Virus record (IMG/VR): IMGVR_UViG_3300044676_000267 | Coordinates: 1-37,496 of that record | From: a virus | Taxonomy: Duplodnaviria > Caudoviricetes | Length of the DNA stretch: 37,496 bases | Reading direction: 5' to 3' (one strand) | Notes under the pieces: model-generated | What the model was told of the DNA's origin: nothing | The model's input: the letters and a program-made list of their open reading frames with translations, nothing else | Databases searched by the model: none | Translations under genes and position numbers: made by a program | In this document: positions 7,204-17,300 of the stretch, in pieces | How positions within the stretch are numbered: the first letter of the stretch is position 1 | How the letters are laid out: each line of letters opens with the position of its first letter

Positions 7204-8094
7204 ATGAAGATAACTAACAATCAAAACCTGCCTGCTGCAGTACAGCGTGCAGTTACTAATGACCCGTATGATGCAACTGGTAGTGACATTTCTGCAACAC
7301 GTTTGTTGCAACCACCACGCATTACAGCACTAACCAAGAAACACTATGAATCGTTAGAAGAAGACGTATCAGACCGTATCTGGTCATTGCTAGGGCAATC
7401 AGTACACCATGTCATAGAACGTGCCTCAGAAGGCACACAGGACATCACAGAGCAGCGTTTATTCGTGAAGAATGATATGACCCATGAATGGACACTATCT
7501 GGTACATTTGACTATCTATCGCATGATGGACAGTTAATTGACTTCAAGACTACATCTGCATGGTCTGCAATGGATGCCACAATCAAAGGCAAGCCAGAAT
7601 GGGAAGCACAACTTAACATACTTGATTGGCTGATTCGTCATTCATCATCAGAAATCAAGATTAAAGTTAAGTCTTTGTCTATCATGGCTATCCTTCGTGA
7701 TTGGTCTAAGTTAAAAGCGTTAACTTCAGACAATTATCCAAAGCAACAGGCTGTGATGATACCGATTAAACGTTGGTCACCTGAAGAACAGGATGAGTAT
7801 GTATCTAATCGTATCATTCTGCATCAAGCAGCAATGGAAGTAGATGAGCCGCCTGTATGTACACCTGAAGAACGTTGGAACAAACCAGACACCTACGCCA
7901 TTATGAAAGATGGCCGTAAGTCTGCGTTGCGATTGTTGCCTACACGGGAAGAAGCCGAGAAGTACCTGTCCGACAATAACATGAAGGAAGGTAAAGGCTG
8001 TCAGATTGTATTGCGTAAAGGTGAAGACACACGTTGCGCCCACTACTGCAGTGTTAACAAGTTCTGTAGTCACTGGAACAATGTCGCGTTTTAA
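7204..8094 (+). CDS. Cas4-like PD-(D/E)XK exonuclease
   Basis: GQSVHHVIE, LSGTFD...LIDFKT, QLN; Cys cluster VCTPEERW...RCAHYCSVNKFC. Confidence 0.8.
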   Translation: MKITNNQNLPAAVQRAVTNDPYDATGSDISATRLLQPPRITALTKKHYESLEEDVSDRIWSLLGQSVHHVIERASEGTQDITEQRLFVKNDMTHEWTLSGTFDYLSHDGQLIDFKTTSAWSAMDATIKGKPEWEAQLNILDWLIRHSSSEIKIKVKSLSIMAILRDWSKLKALTSDNYPKQQAVMIPIKRWSPEEQDEYVSNRIILHQAAMEVDEPPVCTPEERWNKPDTYAIMKDGRKSALRLLPTREEAEKYLSDNNMKEGKGCQIVLRKGEDTRCAHYCSVNKFCSHWNNVAF

Positions 8095-8314
8095 ACTAAC
8101 AAAAGACCCATTAGTTGCTGCCATAATCAAACGAGGCAATGATCGTTCAAATCAAGGCTTTGAAGATTATGGTGGCAGCATGGCAGATGCAGACAAGCCT
8201 CTGCTTGAGTGGATAGATGATGCCCAAGAAGAATTGTGGGATACCATAGTCTATCTTGAGAAGATAAAATCAGTGGTAGCAAAGTTAAGTGGTGAGCCTA
8301 CCAAAAAGAAATAA
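8081..8314 (+). CDS. Small all-alpha MazG-like nucleotide pyrophosphohydrolase (putative)
   Basis: G..YG...WIDDAQEELWDTIVYLEK with EExxD motif; ATG 8081 overlaps previous gene. Confidence 0.55.
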   Translation: MSRFKLTKDPLVAAIIKRGNDRSNQGFEDYGGSMADADKPLLEWIDDAQEELWDTIVYLEKIKSVVAKLSGEPTKKK

Positions 8315-8523
8315 TGGATTTAATCATACTAACTGATGGCATGTATCACTTGATACCTGTAACAGAGTTGATGTTACAAAATGTTACAATGGTAAAAGAG
8401 TTTAATGTTGCTGATCTATGTGATGTATTACGCTTAAAACTAACCACATACTATGAATATCCCATCAATCAACATCTGATGAAGGATGGTAGTGGTGCGT
8501 TTTATGGCTGTATTATGCGCTAA
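8314..8523 (+). CDS. Hypothetical protein
   Basis: TAATG coupling to previous gene; ends at the convergence point with the endolysin. Confidence 0.7.
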   Translation: MDLIILTDGMYHLIPVTELMLQNVTMVKEFNVADLCDVLRLKLTTYYEYPINQHLMKDGSGAFYGCIMR

Positions 8524-8972
8524 TTAAGTTCAAAATGTGGCGCATCAATAAATGGTCTACGCCTTTCAGCACGCCTTTCATCTATGTAACTGTTCATAGC
8601 GTCTTCCATAGATAGATTCCATTCTGCAATGTCTGGCACTGTCCATGCAGCACCCCATCTAATCCTTACGCCTTGATTCTTTGCAGCCTCACGCATTGCT
8701 TCAGCAATGTCATCGTACACGTTTAGTTCCCATGTACCTCTGCCCCCAATATATGCCATCAAGTCTACTGCATCACCTGTCAAATGCTTTGACTTCATGG
8801 TTTGACTAGCACCTTTTTCTACCAAAGCACGCTGTTCTTCCTCTGTTCTAAGACCACAGATAACGCCAAAGTCTACCTTGGTTAATTCAATTGCCTCTAA
8901 TACCACATCAAACAACTCTGGTTTGACAGGTTCTAATCTACTCAAAGACCTTTCTGATAGTTTAAATGTCAT
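8520..8972 (-). CDS. Endolysin, peptidase M15 (L-Ala-D-Glu peptidase-like)
   Basis: GLRTEEEQ, SKHLTGDAVD, DAPHFEL zinc-binding motifs. Confidence 0.9.
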   Translation of the reverse strand: MTFKLSERSLSRLEPVKPELFDVVLEAIELTKVDFGVICGLRTEEEQRALVEKGASQTMKSKHLTGDAVDLMAYIGGRGTWELNVYDDIAEAMREAAKNQGVRIRWGAAWTVPDIAEWNLSMEDAMNSYIDERRAERRRPFIDAPHFELN

Positions 8973-9373
8973 TTAGTTAATCCTTTCGATTTCTCATAAC
9001 TTCTGAGGCCACCAAGTCCTAGCATTCCAAGCAAAACAGTCATCAAACTGTCCATGTCAAATGCAGGCAGTTCAGGTATCTCTATGCCAGACCACCCTGC
9101 TACAAATAAAATTATAGGGTTAAGCACAAAATGATACCCAAGAGCAACAGCACATATCCAACCCACGAATGGTCGCCACCCCGCCACAAAAAGACTACGG
9201 TGTTTAGCCTCCGCTTGATTAACTGCAACCTGTGCCATAGCGGCCTCGTGAGCCTGCTTTTCCGCCATAGTCGCAATCTCATGCGCCAACTTATTTTTGG
9301 TATCTTTGTCTTCAATAAATTTATCTAGCAAACCAGTAACAGGGCCAACTAGACTACCTAGTAATTGTATCAT
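8969..9373 (-). CDS. Holin (3TM, GTA-type family)
   Basis: GWRPFVGWIC and GMLGLGGLRSYEK motifs; adjacent to endolysin. Confidence 0.85.
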   Translation of the reverse strand: MIQLLGSLVGPVTGLLDKFIEDKDTKNKLAHEIATMAEKQAHEAAMAQVAVNQAEAKHRSLFVAGWRPFVGWICAVALGYHFVLNPIILFVAGWSGIEIPELPAFDMDSLMTVLLGMLGLGGLRSYEKSKGLTK

Positions 9374-9695
9374 TTTTTTTATCCTCCCGTTTCTTGGCTA
9401 GATTTGTTACGCCCATAAATACAGACACTACGCCTGCTACAGATACAAAATAGATACTAGCCATTGCACCAATAATATCTGCTGCTTTATGAAGTCCTAA
9501 TAGATCGCAAAAAAATACGCCTGATGGATACAACAACATGCCCCATAATGCGAACCATGCCATCTTTCTGGTCTGGTCACGGTGAGCATCTTCGTCCAAC
9601 ATACGTCTGCGTCTGTCTTCCAAATCAATCGCAACCAACTCATCTGGGTCTATCTTACCGTTGTTGTTGGTATCGTATTTTTTCATTTCTTCCAT
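9354..9695 (-). CDS. Two-TM membrane protein with N-terminal EF-hand loop
   Basis: DTNNNGKIDPDE; two hydrophobic helices; TAATG coupling at 9695. Confidence 0.75.
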   Translation of the reverse strand: MEEMKKYDTNNNGKIDPDELVAIDLEDRRRRMLDEDAHRDQTRKMAWFALWGMLLYPSGVFFCDLLGLHKAADIIGAMASIYFVSVAGVVSVFMGVTNLAKKREDKKNDTITR

Positions 9696-9967
9696 TATGA
9701 CCACTTCACCTTGTTAGCCCACCAAGCCGCACTGCTTGGCCCTTTGGCTATGTTTTTTCTATGCCTATCTTTAAATGCTTTTCTTTGCTTTTCATTCTGG
9801 TTGGTCTTTGCACCTTGTTCACCAAACCTGATAGTCTTTAGGTTGCCATCAACTCTAGTGACAACAACGTGTGATTTGGTTGGATGATTTGGTGTTGCTT
9901 TTGGTTTGTTTACACCACTAACACCTACTGCTTTTAGTTTATTACCTAATACTGTTGTTGTACTCAC
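9695..9967 (-). CDS. Small basic conserved phage protein
   Basis: KSHVV...IRFGEQG...RKAFKDRH...SAAWWA..VKW pattern. Confidence 0.8.
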   Translation of the reverse strand: MSTTTVLGNKLKAVGVSGVNKPKATPNHPTKSHVVVTRVDGNLKTIRFGEQGAKTNQNEKQRKAFKDRHRKNIAKGPSSAAWWANKVKWS

Positions 9968-10422
9968 TGCTTCATATCCTTCAATAGTGGGTTATCTAAC
10001 GCCCTTTGAATACGTTTACCAAGGCGTTCTTCCATTGACGTAAGTTTCTCATCAATGTTTGCAGTACGTTCATCAAACCATTTCTTAGCGTCTTGAATAG
10101 TAGTCCGATTCTCACCTTCAACAGATCGTATTCTACCTTCAACTTCACCCAAAGCCTTTTCAACCGCGATAACGTCTGAGCGTAAATCGTTCTTAATGTC
10201 TTTCGCATAACTCAATGCCTCCTCTAGTTTGGTTTCAAGCACAGCATTTCTTGACGCTATTGCTTCAACATCTAGGTTGGCAAGTTTATCCTTCATATCC
10301 ATGTAGTCTTTATAAACTTCAAAGCCTCCGTACAACGTACCTATCATCGTACCTAGTGCTATGAAGATAGCCAGACCTTTGCCGCCTTTGACCTTTACTC
10401 CACCTACATCTAGTTCTGCCAT
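9964..10422 (-). CDS. N-terminal TM-anchored coiled-coil protein
   Basis: Hydrophobic aa 17-35 followed by heptad-rich helix. Confidence 0.75.
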   Translation of the reverse strand: MAELDVGGVKVKGGKGLAIFIALGTMIGTLYGGFEVYKDYMDMKDKLANLDVEAIASRNAVLETKLEEALSYAKDIKNDLRSDVIAVEKALGEVEGRIRSVEGENRTTIQDAKKWFDERTANIDEKLTSMEERLGKRIQRALDNPLLKDMKQ

Positions 10423-11834
10423 TGCATATCCACCATGTTATCCCACAACGCATCTGATGCACCCATGTACCACATGCCGTATGGATTATCGTATGTTTTA
10501 CCACCGTCTATTATTTCTGGTGCGTAAAATTCTGTCACAGGCAATGATACCTGCGTATATGTATTAAAGTTTTTGACTGCATCTGACTGTTGCATGACCA
10601 CCAATCTAGCAGTGTCCATTATGACCGAGTAAGCAACAGCCGTATTTCCTCTATTTGGTCTGCTCTTATCACTGGGTTTAGATTCTTTGGAGGTTTCTCT
10701 ATCTTTTCCCCCGCTTTCAACTGGAGTTTCGTTGCTTCCTTCGTCAGACTGATTTTCTGAAACTTGTGTTTCTTCTTGTTCATTTACGGCTACCTCTACT
10801 GTCGCTTCTTCTGGTGCATCTATTTCAGGCACATCAAATTCTTCTACTTCATTGATTTGTATTTCAAACTCACCCGATGGTGTATCAACTACCTCCACTT
10901 CAAACGTAGCCACACCGCCATCAAATGTGTCTAACTCCAACTCAAACGTTGTGCCTGAGTCTACAGTGTAGTCACTGTAATCTATCTCAATAGGTGGTGG
11001 AGGAATGTACTCTGAGTCATACGCATACTCTTGCGTTGACAACACAGTATTCATAGTTGTCTGTGTAATGATCTGGTTGATTACTTGTGTTAAATAATCA
11101 TAGGTAATATCAAAGTATGTACCGCCAAATGCAGGCCCATAATATCCGCTGTAGTATCCTGCATCTACACCATATAATTCTAATTCTGCAGTATTAAAAC
11201 TTAACGCAGACACATCCTGACTAAATGAATAATCCCTTGTGCCTGTCCAGTTGATGCTGCTGTAGTTATGTGTGTAAGTATTTTGCAAGACCTCATCATC
11301 AAAGAGCCTGACAGTTATCTTAAACTCATCCTGACAGTCACCTGTTGTGTTGGCGCATGTAGGCAATGTTGAGTTAGATATATGTGATGTAACGCTACTG
11401 CCGTAATCTATTTCTTTTACATCTTGATTGATTGTAAAATCATAGACTCTGCTACCACCGCCAGTAGATTGATTGCCAGTACAAATGTCTACGCCTGCTT
11501 GATAACAGTTTGTAGATACGTTGGTGTCAGTATATGTGGCTAGGTCTATAAGTTTGTCAGTTTGTTCTTGAATGACATTGACTGTTTGATAGGTAGTTGT
11601 TTCTACAGATTCTTCTATAGTTTCTGTGTATGTATATGTGTATGTAGTTTCTAAGAAGTCACCAATCATTTCTTCAGCGGTGTCTGATAGAGTAGGCACA
11701 ACAGTAACATTGGTAACTGTGCCGCCATTTGGCCCTGTGTCACCTACTTGGTACTGCTGCTCGTATGCGTTAGAGTAAGAACAACAAAGCAGCAAGACCA
11801 CTAAAGATAGCAAGCCCTGTCTTATCATCATCAC
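10410..11834 (-). CDS. Exported acidic protein with probable beta-sandwich domain
   Basis: Signal-peptide-like N-terminus, Cys pairs, Thr/Glu-rich, GVDAGYYSGYYGP motif. Confidence 0.75.
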   Translation of the reverse strand: MMMIRQGLLSLVVLLLCCSYSNAYEQQYQVGDTGPNGGTVTNVTVVPTLSDTAEEMIGDFLETTYTYTYTETIEESVETTTYQTVNVIQEQTDKLIDLATYTDTNVSTNCYQAGVDICTGNQSTGGGSRVYDFTINQDVKEIDYGSSVTSHISNSTLPTCANTTGDCQDEFKITVRLFDDEVLQNTYTHNYSSINWTGTRDYSFSQDVSALSFNTAELELYGVDAGYYSGYYGPAFGGTYFDITYDYLTQVINQIITQTTMNTVLSTQEYAYDSEYIPPPPIEIDYSDYTVDSGTTFELELDTFDGGVATFEVEVVDTPSGEFEIQINEVEEFDVPEIDAPEEATVEVAVNEQEETQVSENQSDEGSNETPVESGGKDRETSKESKPSDKSRPNRGNTAVAYSVIMDTARLVVMQQSDAVKNFNTYTQVSLPVTEFYAPEIIDGGKTYDNPYGMWYMGASDALWDNMVDMQWQN

Positions 11835-12306
11835 CTTTCGTTTCTTTTGGTATTACATCAAATGTTGGTGGTTGGTAGTTGTTTTCTTCCCATTTAGTCT
11901 TAGCCTCTGCCCCAATGCTGCCCAAATATGGACATGGTGTACCTGCCATCATCATTCCATTAAAAACTCTTTTGTCTTGGCATAGCACTGATACAGCCGC
12001 TACCTTCATACCCATACCGTACAAAGAACGTGCCAACTTCAAACGTTCACAGTTTTCATCTGTAACAGTTTGGCCTGTAGCAAAGCCAAGTATCTGCGTT
12101 TGTACAGCAACCGATGTGCCTGATGTACATACGTCTTGATTATTAATAACGATTGAGGGTGCTGATGCTGTAGAGGGAGTTTTGTCTACAGTAGTTGTGC
12201 CTGTCACTGTAGAAGACACAGTGTTAGTTTCTGCCCTTGTCAGCGTGCAAGTACATGCTGTTAGAAAAAATGCGATTGCAAATAATACTGCAGTTTTGAC
12301 ATTCAC
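11770..12306 (-). CDS. Exported Cys-containing protein with possible lipobox and C-terminal TM
   Basis: LTAC at aa 15-18; core DVC...ENCERLKL...LCQD...GTPCP; hydrophobic C-terminus. Confidence 0.8.
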   Translation of the reverse strand: MNVKTAVLFAIAFFLTACTCTLTRAETNTVSSTVTGTTTVDKTPSTASAPSIVINNQDVCTSGTSVAVQTQILGFATGQTVTDENCERLKLARSLYGMGMKVAAVSVLCQDKRVFNGMMMAGTPCPYLGSIGAEAKTKWEENNYQPPTFDVIPKETKGDDDKTGLAIFSGLAALLFLL

Positions 12307-12542
12307 TTCTTCATCCCTTCGATGAGTCGGTCAATCTTATGGTCTAATTGTTCCATACGATCTATGATTCGGTTGATATCGTGATGTGCTTCTGCTTTAG
12401 TGACATATTCTTTTGCTATTTCTTCTCTGGTTCTATTTAACAAGATAGATAGACGTTGTGTTTCTTTCCACATGTTGCTGCCCCACCACCCTATTAAGGC
12501 TAGTGTTACAGTAAGTAGAATGTTCCAGAGCATCATATCCAT
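12303..12542 (-). CDS. Single-TM coiled-coil protein (holin/antiholin-like topology)
   Basis: MDMMLWNILLTVTLALIGWW then charged helix; TAATG coupling at 12542. Confidence 0.7.
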   Translation of the reverse strand: MDMMLWNILLTVTLALIGWWGSNMWKETQRLSILLNRTREEIAKEYVTKAEAHHDINRIIDRMEQLDHKIDRLIEGMKK

Positions 12543-12682
12543 TACCAATGCCCTTCTGGACAATGAAACAAAGGTATGTTCCACTTAAATATTAAATGGC
12601 ATCCACACACTCCGCATGTGTTGTTATCTGGTATGTAGTTTTTACAATCCATACAAAATTTCTTTCGTTGTTTAGCATCCAT
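12542..12682 (-). CDS. 46-aa Cys-rich protein, DUF6171-like (absent from ORF track)
   Basis: Translated by hand: MDAKQRKKFCMDCKNYIPDNNTCGVCGCHLIFKWNIPLFHCPEGHW; TAATG overlaps at both ends. Confidence 0.8.
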   Translation of the reverse strand: MDAKQRKKFCMDCKNYIPDNNTCGVCGCHLIFKWNIPLFHCPEGHW

Positions 12683-14001
12683 TAGACTTTATTCATTCTT
12701 GCGCCATACATAGCGTATGCAATTAAACTACCTACTGATGGGTAAGATAATGCTGATGTATTACCATCTACAATGACCCACATATACCATCTATAGCCAT
12801 AACCGCTTGAGTTAAATGAACCAGACATAACAGTACAATCACTTGCAGAACCCCCGCCACCTGCATAACCTCTGCCTAAATGTGTCCAATTAGACAAAGT
12901 AGTAAAATTACCTGAAGTTATGCTTTGGTTAGAACCATAAATATCAAAGTTACCGCAAGCATTAGTGTGCTTTAACCATTGCCATTGATTTAAAACTCTT
13001 GGCGTTCCAGAGCCGCTAACAACTTGAATGGCTGTATAATGAGGCCAAGTACCTGAGTGACCTGAGTGTATTTTGAAACTATCACAAACATAATTCCAAT
13101 GGTTAGCAGGGTCGTTAGGTGTTGCTTGAGCGCAGTTTAAATTGTATGTAGTCATACTATTATTCGTTACACCAGTTGCGTTAGTTGCAACAGAATATGC
13201 AGAAGAAAATCCTCCACCTCCTCCAGAATCCGCAACAGGATTAACTACACTTAGGCTAAATGCTCTATCCGCTGTCTTGCCTCCTGCAGTAGCACGCAAT
13301 GTAAAATTATATGTATCAGTAGCACCTGTAGAGGGGTCTGTTGGGTCGCCACTAATTGCACCAGTAGAAGAATTTAAAGTTAAACCTGCGCCAGATAAAA
13401 CTGAGGTAGTTTCTGAATAGGAAACTGTATCACTTTCTGGGTCTGATGCTGCAACAGTAGCATGCGTACCAGTTTCGGTCATTTCTATTGTGCCTAAACT
13501 ACCGCTTGCTGTTGTCCAAGTAGGTGCATTATCAACATTGATTTGATTTTCAAGAATTCCACTTAATCCAGATGATGCTACAACTTTTACATCATAAGGT
13601 TCTTTAGAATTTTCAAATGAACTTTCTGCAATAACAGCACTAATGCTTGTTGAATTAGTTACAGTAGTCGTTGATGCCGTTACTTCTGTTCCATCATTAC
13701 CAATAAATTTAACGGTTGCGCCTGATGCAAAATTAGTACCTGTAAGGGTAAATGTTTCATTTCCACCACCTGCAGATTCTACTTCTGTAGGGGTTACTGC
13801 ACTAACAGTAGGCGGTGTATCAATGACACGCATTTGTGTGCCATCATAATACTCAGCAAGACCAAGTGTTGTATTAAATCGTATTTGTCCTGTAGTTGTG
13901 CCTCGCTCAGAAGTATGTCCTGATGCGATCTTAGTACCTTCCGTACCAGTATCTACAATGTTTTCAAACTTAAAGTCTGCTATATCTCTTGCTTTAGTCA
14001 T
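12682..14001 (-). CDS. Accessory tail fibre/adhesin with IPT/TIG and Ig-like domains
   Basis: MTKARDIAD start, GQIRFNTT motif, PTVSAVTP...TLTGTNF (IPT), GLTLNSSTGAISG (Ig-like). Confidence 0.8.
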   Translation of the reverse strand: MTKARDIADFKFENIVDTGTEGTKIASGHTSERGTTTGQIRFNTTLGLAEYYDGTQMRVIDTPPTVSAVTPTEVESAGGGNETFTLTGTNFASGATVKFIGNDGTEVTASTTTVTNSTSISAVIAESSFENSKEPYDVKVVASSGLSGILENQINVDNAPTWTTASGSLGTIEMTETGTHATVAASDPESDTVSYSETTSVLSGAGLTLNSSTGAISGDPTDPSTGATDTYNFTLRATAGGKTADRAFSLSVVNPVADSGGGGGFSSAYSVATNATGVTNNSMTTYNLNCAQATPNDPANHWNYVCDSFKIHSGHSGTWPHYTAIQVVSGSGTPRVLNQWQWLKHTNACGNFDIYGSNQSITSGNFTTLSNWTHLGRGYAGGGGSASDCTVMSGSFNSSGYGYRWYMWVIVDGNTSALSYPSVGSLIAYAMYGARMNKV

Positions 14002-14386
14002 CTGTTACCTCCACCCATCCTGTTGTGTTGTCTGCTTGGTAAGCATCTTCATCCCACAAATAATTGTTTCCATCTGTAGGGTAAGGCAATGGTGCTTCCC
14101 AAAGATATGTTGTATTATTAAATGTCCAACTGTTAAACGGCTGTGGAGCATAAAATCCTGTTCCATCGTAATGAAACCCTATACCTGCAAAATTCTTTCT
14201 TAATGATTTTGATTGATCTTCACTAGGCGTATTTGAATTAGGCTCATAATGAACACCACCTCTAGTGTTGTACGATGTCTGTATCCATTCGCCTGCTGAT
14301 GAATCTACAAATGTATCAAAAAAATCTTCTTCAGCAACGATGACATTTAAAACTTTACCATCTAATATTTTTGCATAATGTGCCAT
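13994..14386 (-). CDS. Tail-fibre-associated protein (putative chaperone)
   Basis: MAHYAK, WIQTSYN, LRKNFAGIG, WEAPLPYP motifs; directly follows the Gly-rich fibre. Confidence 0.7.
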   Translation of the reverse strand: MAHYAKILDGKVLNVIVAEEDFFDTFVDSSAGEWIQTSYNTRGGVHYEPNSNTPSEDQSKSLRKNFAGIGFHYDGTGFYAPQPFNSWTFNNTTYLWEAPLPYPTDGNNYLWDEDAYQADNTTGWVEVTDD

Positions 14387-14396
14387 GTTTCCTCCT

Positions 14397-17300
14397 TTAC
14401 GCCGTATATGTTCCTGATGATGTAAAGGTGTGATAAGTGTAACCTCCTGTTGAAGTTACAGTACCACCACTACCTCTTTGTGAACCTAAATAACGCACTA
14501 TCACAACACCAGAGCCTCCGCTGCCGCCATTATTAGCAGCAACAGCACCACCGCCGCCACCGCCTCCGCCAGTGTTTGCCGTAGCAGAACCACCAGTTTG
14601 ACCAGAACCGCCGTTTGCACCGTTTCCGCCGCCGCCAGAACCGCCTGATGCGCCAGTGCCACCACCGCCGCCTCCGCCACCTGCGTAATAAGTGCCAAGT
14701 GATTGCCAGTTAATTCCTATTCCACCTGCGCCACCAGTTGAGCCAGAACCATTTGCTCCTACTGCTCCTGCTCCACCGCCACCTCCACGGCCTTGGGTAG
14801 TGTTAAGAGCAACTCCTAAACCTCCCGCGTTACCTTGTCCTGATGTTCCTGATGCTGCTCCTGCAATGACTCCTCCAGTATCAGCACCGCCGCCGCCTCC
14901 ACCAGAACCACCTGCTACTCCTGCGTTTGCACCACCGTTTGAAAAGTGACCTCCGCCACCGCCTCCAACAGTTGATGTGGTAAATCCTGAAGAAGTACCA
15001 CCATTTGTTCCTACTGTTGAACCAGTACCATTAGCACCACCTGCTCCTATTGTTATTGAATTTGTTTGCCCTGTGCTAACAGTTGTGCTGCTTTGAAGAA
15101 GTCCACCTGCACCGCCTCCACCAGAAGCACCTCCGCCACCACCTGCAACTACTAGATAGTCAATATCATATTGGAATACAAAAGTTTGCCATCCACCATC
15201 TTGGTATATTTCATTTTTGTTTATTGTTGTGTTGTACCTCATCATTCCATTAACAGGTGATGCAGGTCTTTGCGCTGTTGTTCCAGTGTTTATTGAAAGC
15301 GCACTTGTACTTCCTGATAAATCTATTGTGAATGTTTGAGTATCAAGATCACCACCTAATTGTGGTGTTGTATCTGCTACTAAATTTGTATTGACCGTAC
15401 CCCATGATGAGTTAGTGCCATCAGTAGTTAAAAACTTTCCTGAGTTACTTGTTTGTGTTGGGGTAATTTCATCAAAACTTTTTGGCACAAAATTACTGCC
15501 ATCGTATTGAAGTACATCGCTTGTTGCCACGCCTGTAGTTGCCACATCGTTAGCATCACCAATACTAAAATTACTTAATGCAAATGTACCGTAAGCAATA
15601 ATGTCTACGGTATCTGTACCTGATGTGCCAATCGCACTAGCAAATACAATGCTTGTACCTGATGTGGCTGTAATGTCACTACCAACCACCATTTTGACAC
15701 CGTTCAAGTACACATCTACATAACCTGCGTCATAGGCTAATGTGCTGCCAGAATCGTCTGCACCTGTAATTGTTGTAGTGCTAGAAGATACTGTGTAAAT
15801 AAATCTGTCTGCTGTACCGTTTACTGATGAACCAGTAGATATCCACCCGCCAGATGAATAAACCTTCATCGTTGACGTTGAAGTATCAAAGTACAAGTCA
15901 CCTACCTGAAGTGCTGATGAATCTGCTCTTGCTGTAGGGGCTGTTGCTGATGGGCCAATGTACACATCTGCAAAGTTTGTAATATCAGTAACGTTACTTG
16001 CTGCTGTTGTAATATCAGCAGATATTGGGCCAAGTGCAGCAATCTCTGTGTTTAGACCCGCTACTGTGCCAATTGTGTTAGAACCTGTTAAGTTGGTTGC
16101 AACGGTACTAATGTTGGCATTTGCCCCTGCTACTGTCGCAATATTATTTGTTGGTGATATTTGACCTGCAACGTTTGAAATATTTGAATCTGCCGCTGCT
16201 ACGGTTGCAATGTTGTTAGTTGGTGAAATCTGTCCTGCAACTGTTGTGATGTTAGTAGTGTTGTTACCTGCATTCGATACTGCGTTAGTTGCTGTTGTAC
16301 CATCTTCAATATCAGCCAATGCACCTATATCTGCATCACGCGCTGCTACTGTTACTATATCCGCATCTCGTGCGGCTACTGTGCCTATATCAGCGTCACG
16401 GGCTGCAACGGTATTGATATTGGTCTGGTTTGAAACTGTTGGTGTAAGTTGATACCAAGTAGTAGAACCAAGATCATAGACCTTCATTACATTGTTGGTA
16501 GTATCAAAATACAACGCACCATCATCTAGTGCATCACCATCATTATCAACTGATGGGTCTGATGCTTTTGCACCTAAATATGTATCGTCAAAGTTATCAG
16601 CATACGCTAGTGCTGCTGCCTCACTTGCTGCCGCTGATGTAGCAGATGATGCAGCGTTAGTTTCGCTAGTTGCTGCATTTGTTTCACTTGTTGCTGCATT
16701 GGTTTCGCTAGTTGCAGCGTTTGTAGCACTGGTTGCTGCTGCAGTTTGACTTGTAGCCGCTGCTGTTTCTGATGCCGCCGCATTTGTTTCTGATGTTGAA
16801 GCCGCTGTTTCACTTGATGATGCAGCCGTTTCACTTGATGCTGCTGCAGTTTCTGACGCTGCTGCCGCAGTTGCAGATGATGCTGCCGCAGTTGCACTAC
16901 TTGCTGCGTTTGTTTCAGAAGTAGACGCATTACTTTCGCTAGTTGCTGCCGCACTCTGACTAGACGCTGCTGCTGATTCAGATGCTGCAGATGCTGATTC
17001 AGATGCTGCTGCTGCAGTTTCGCTTGCTGCTGCTGCTGTAGCACTTGAGGCCGCTGCTGTTGCACTGGTTGCTGCGTTTGTTTCAGAAGTTGCTGCTGCG
17101 CTTGCACTTGATGTTGCTGATGCAGCGTCTACCAATAAATCCCATTTAGCACTGTCTGTGTTGCTAGTAAGTGGCTGTGAACCTGATGATGTATGCGCTG
17201 TATTAGCAATAAAAATATTATTTGTTGAAGTGTCTTTGACAATATCACGGGCAGAATAATCGGTAGATGCTGACCAATCACCCTTGTAAGTACCTAATTC

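Noticed and set aside
7204-8094. Cas4-like gene as a sign of CRISPR
   Set aside because: No repeat-spacer array or other cas genes seen; solo Cas4-like nucleases are common in phages
8081-8314. Modified-base DNA pathway
   Set aside because: No PurZ, queuosine-pathway, transferase or phage polymerase genes accompany the MazG-like gene
16607-17107. Gln-rich 166-aa ORF and other antisense or shifted ORFs inside long genes
   Set aside because: Shadow frames of repetitive Ala/Ser/Gly codons with no independent support
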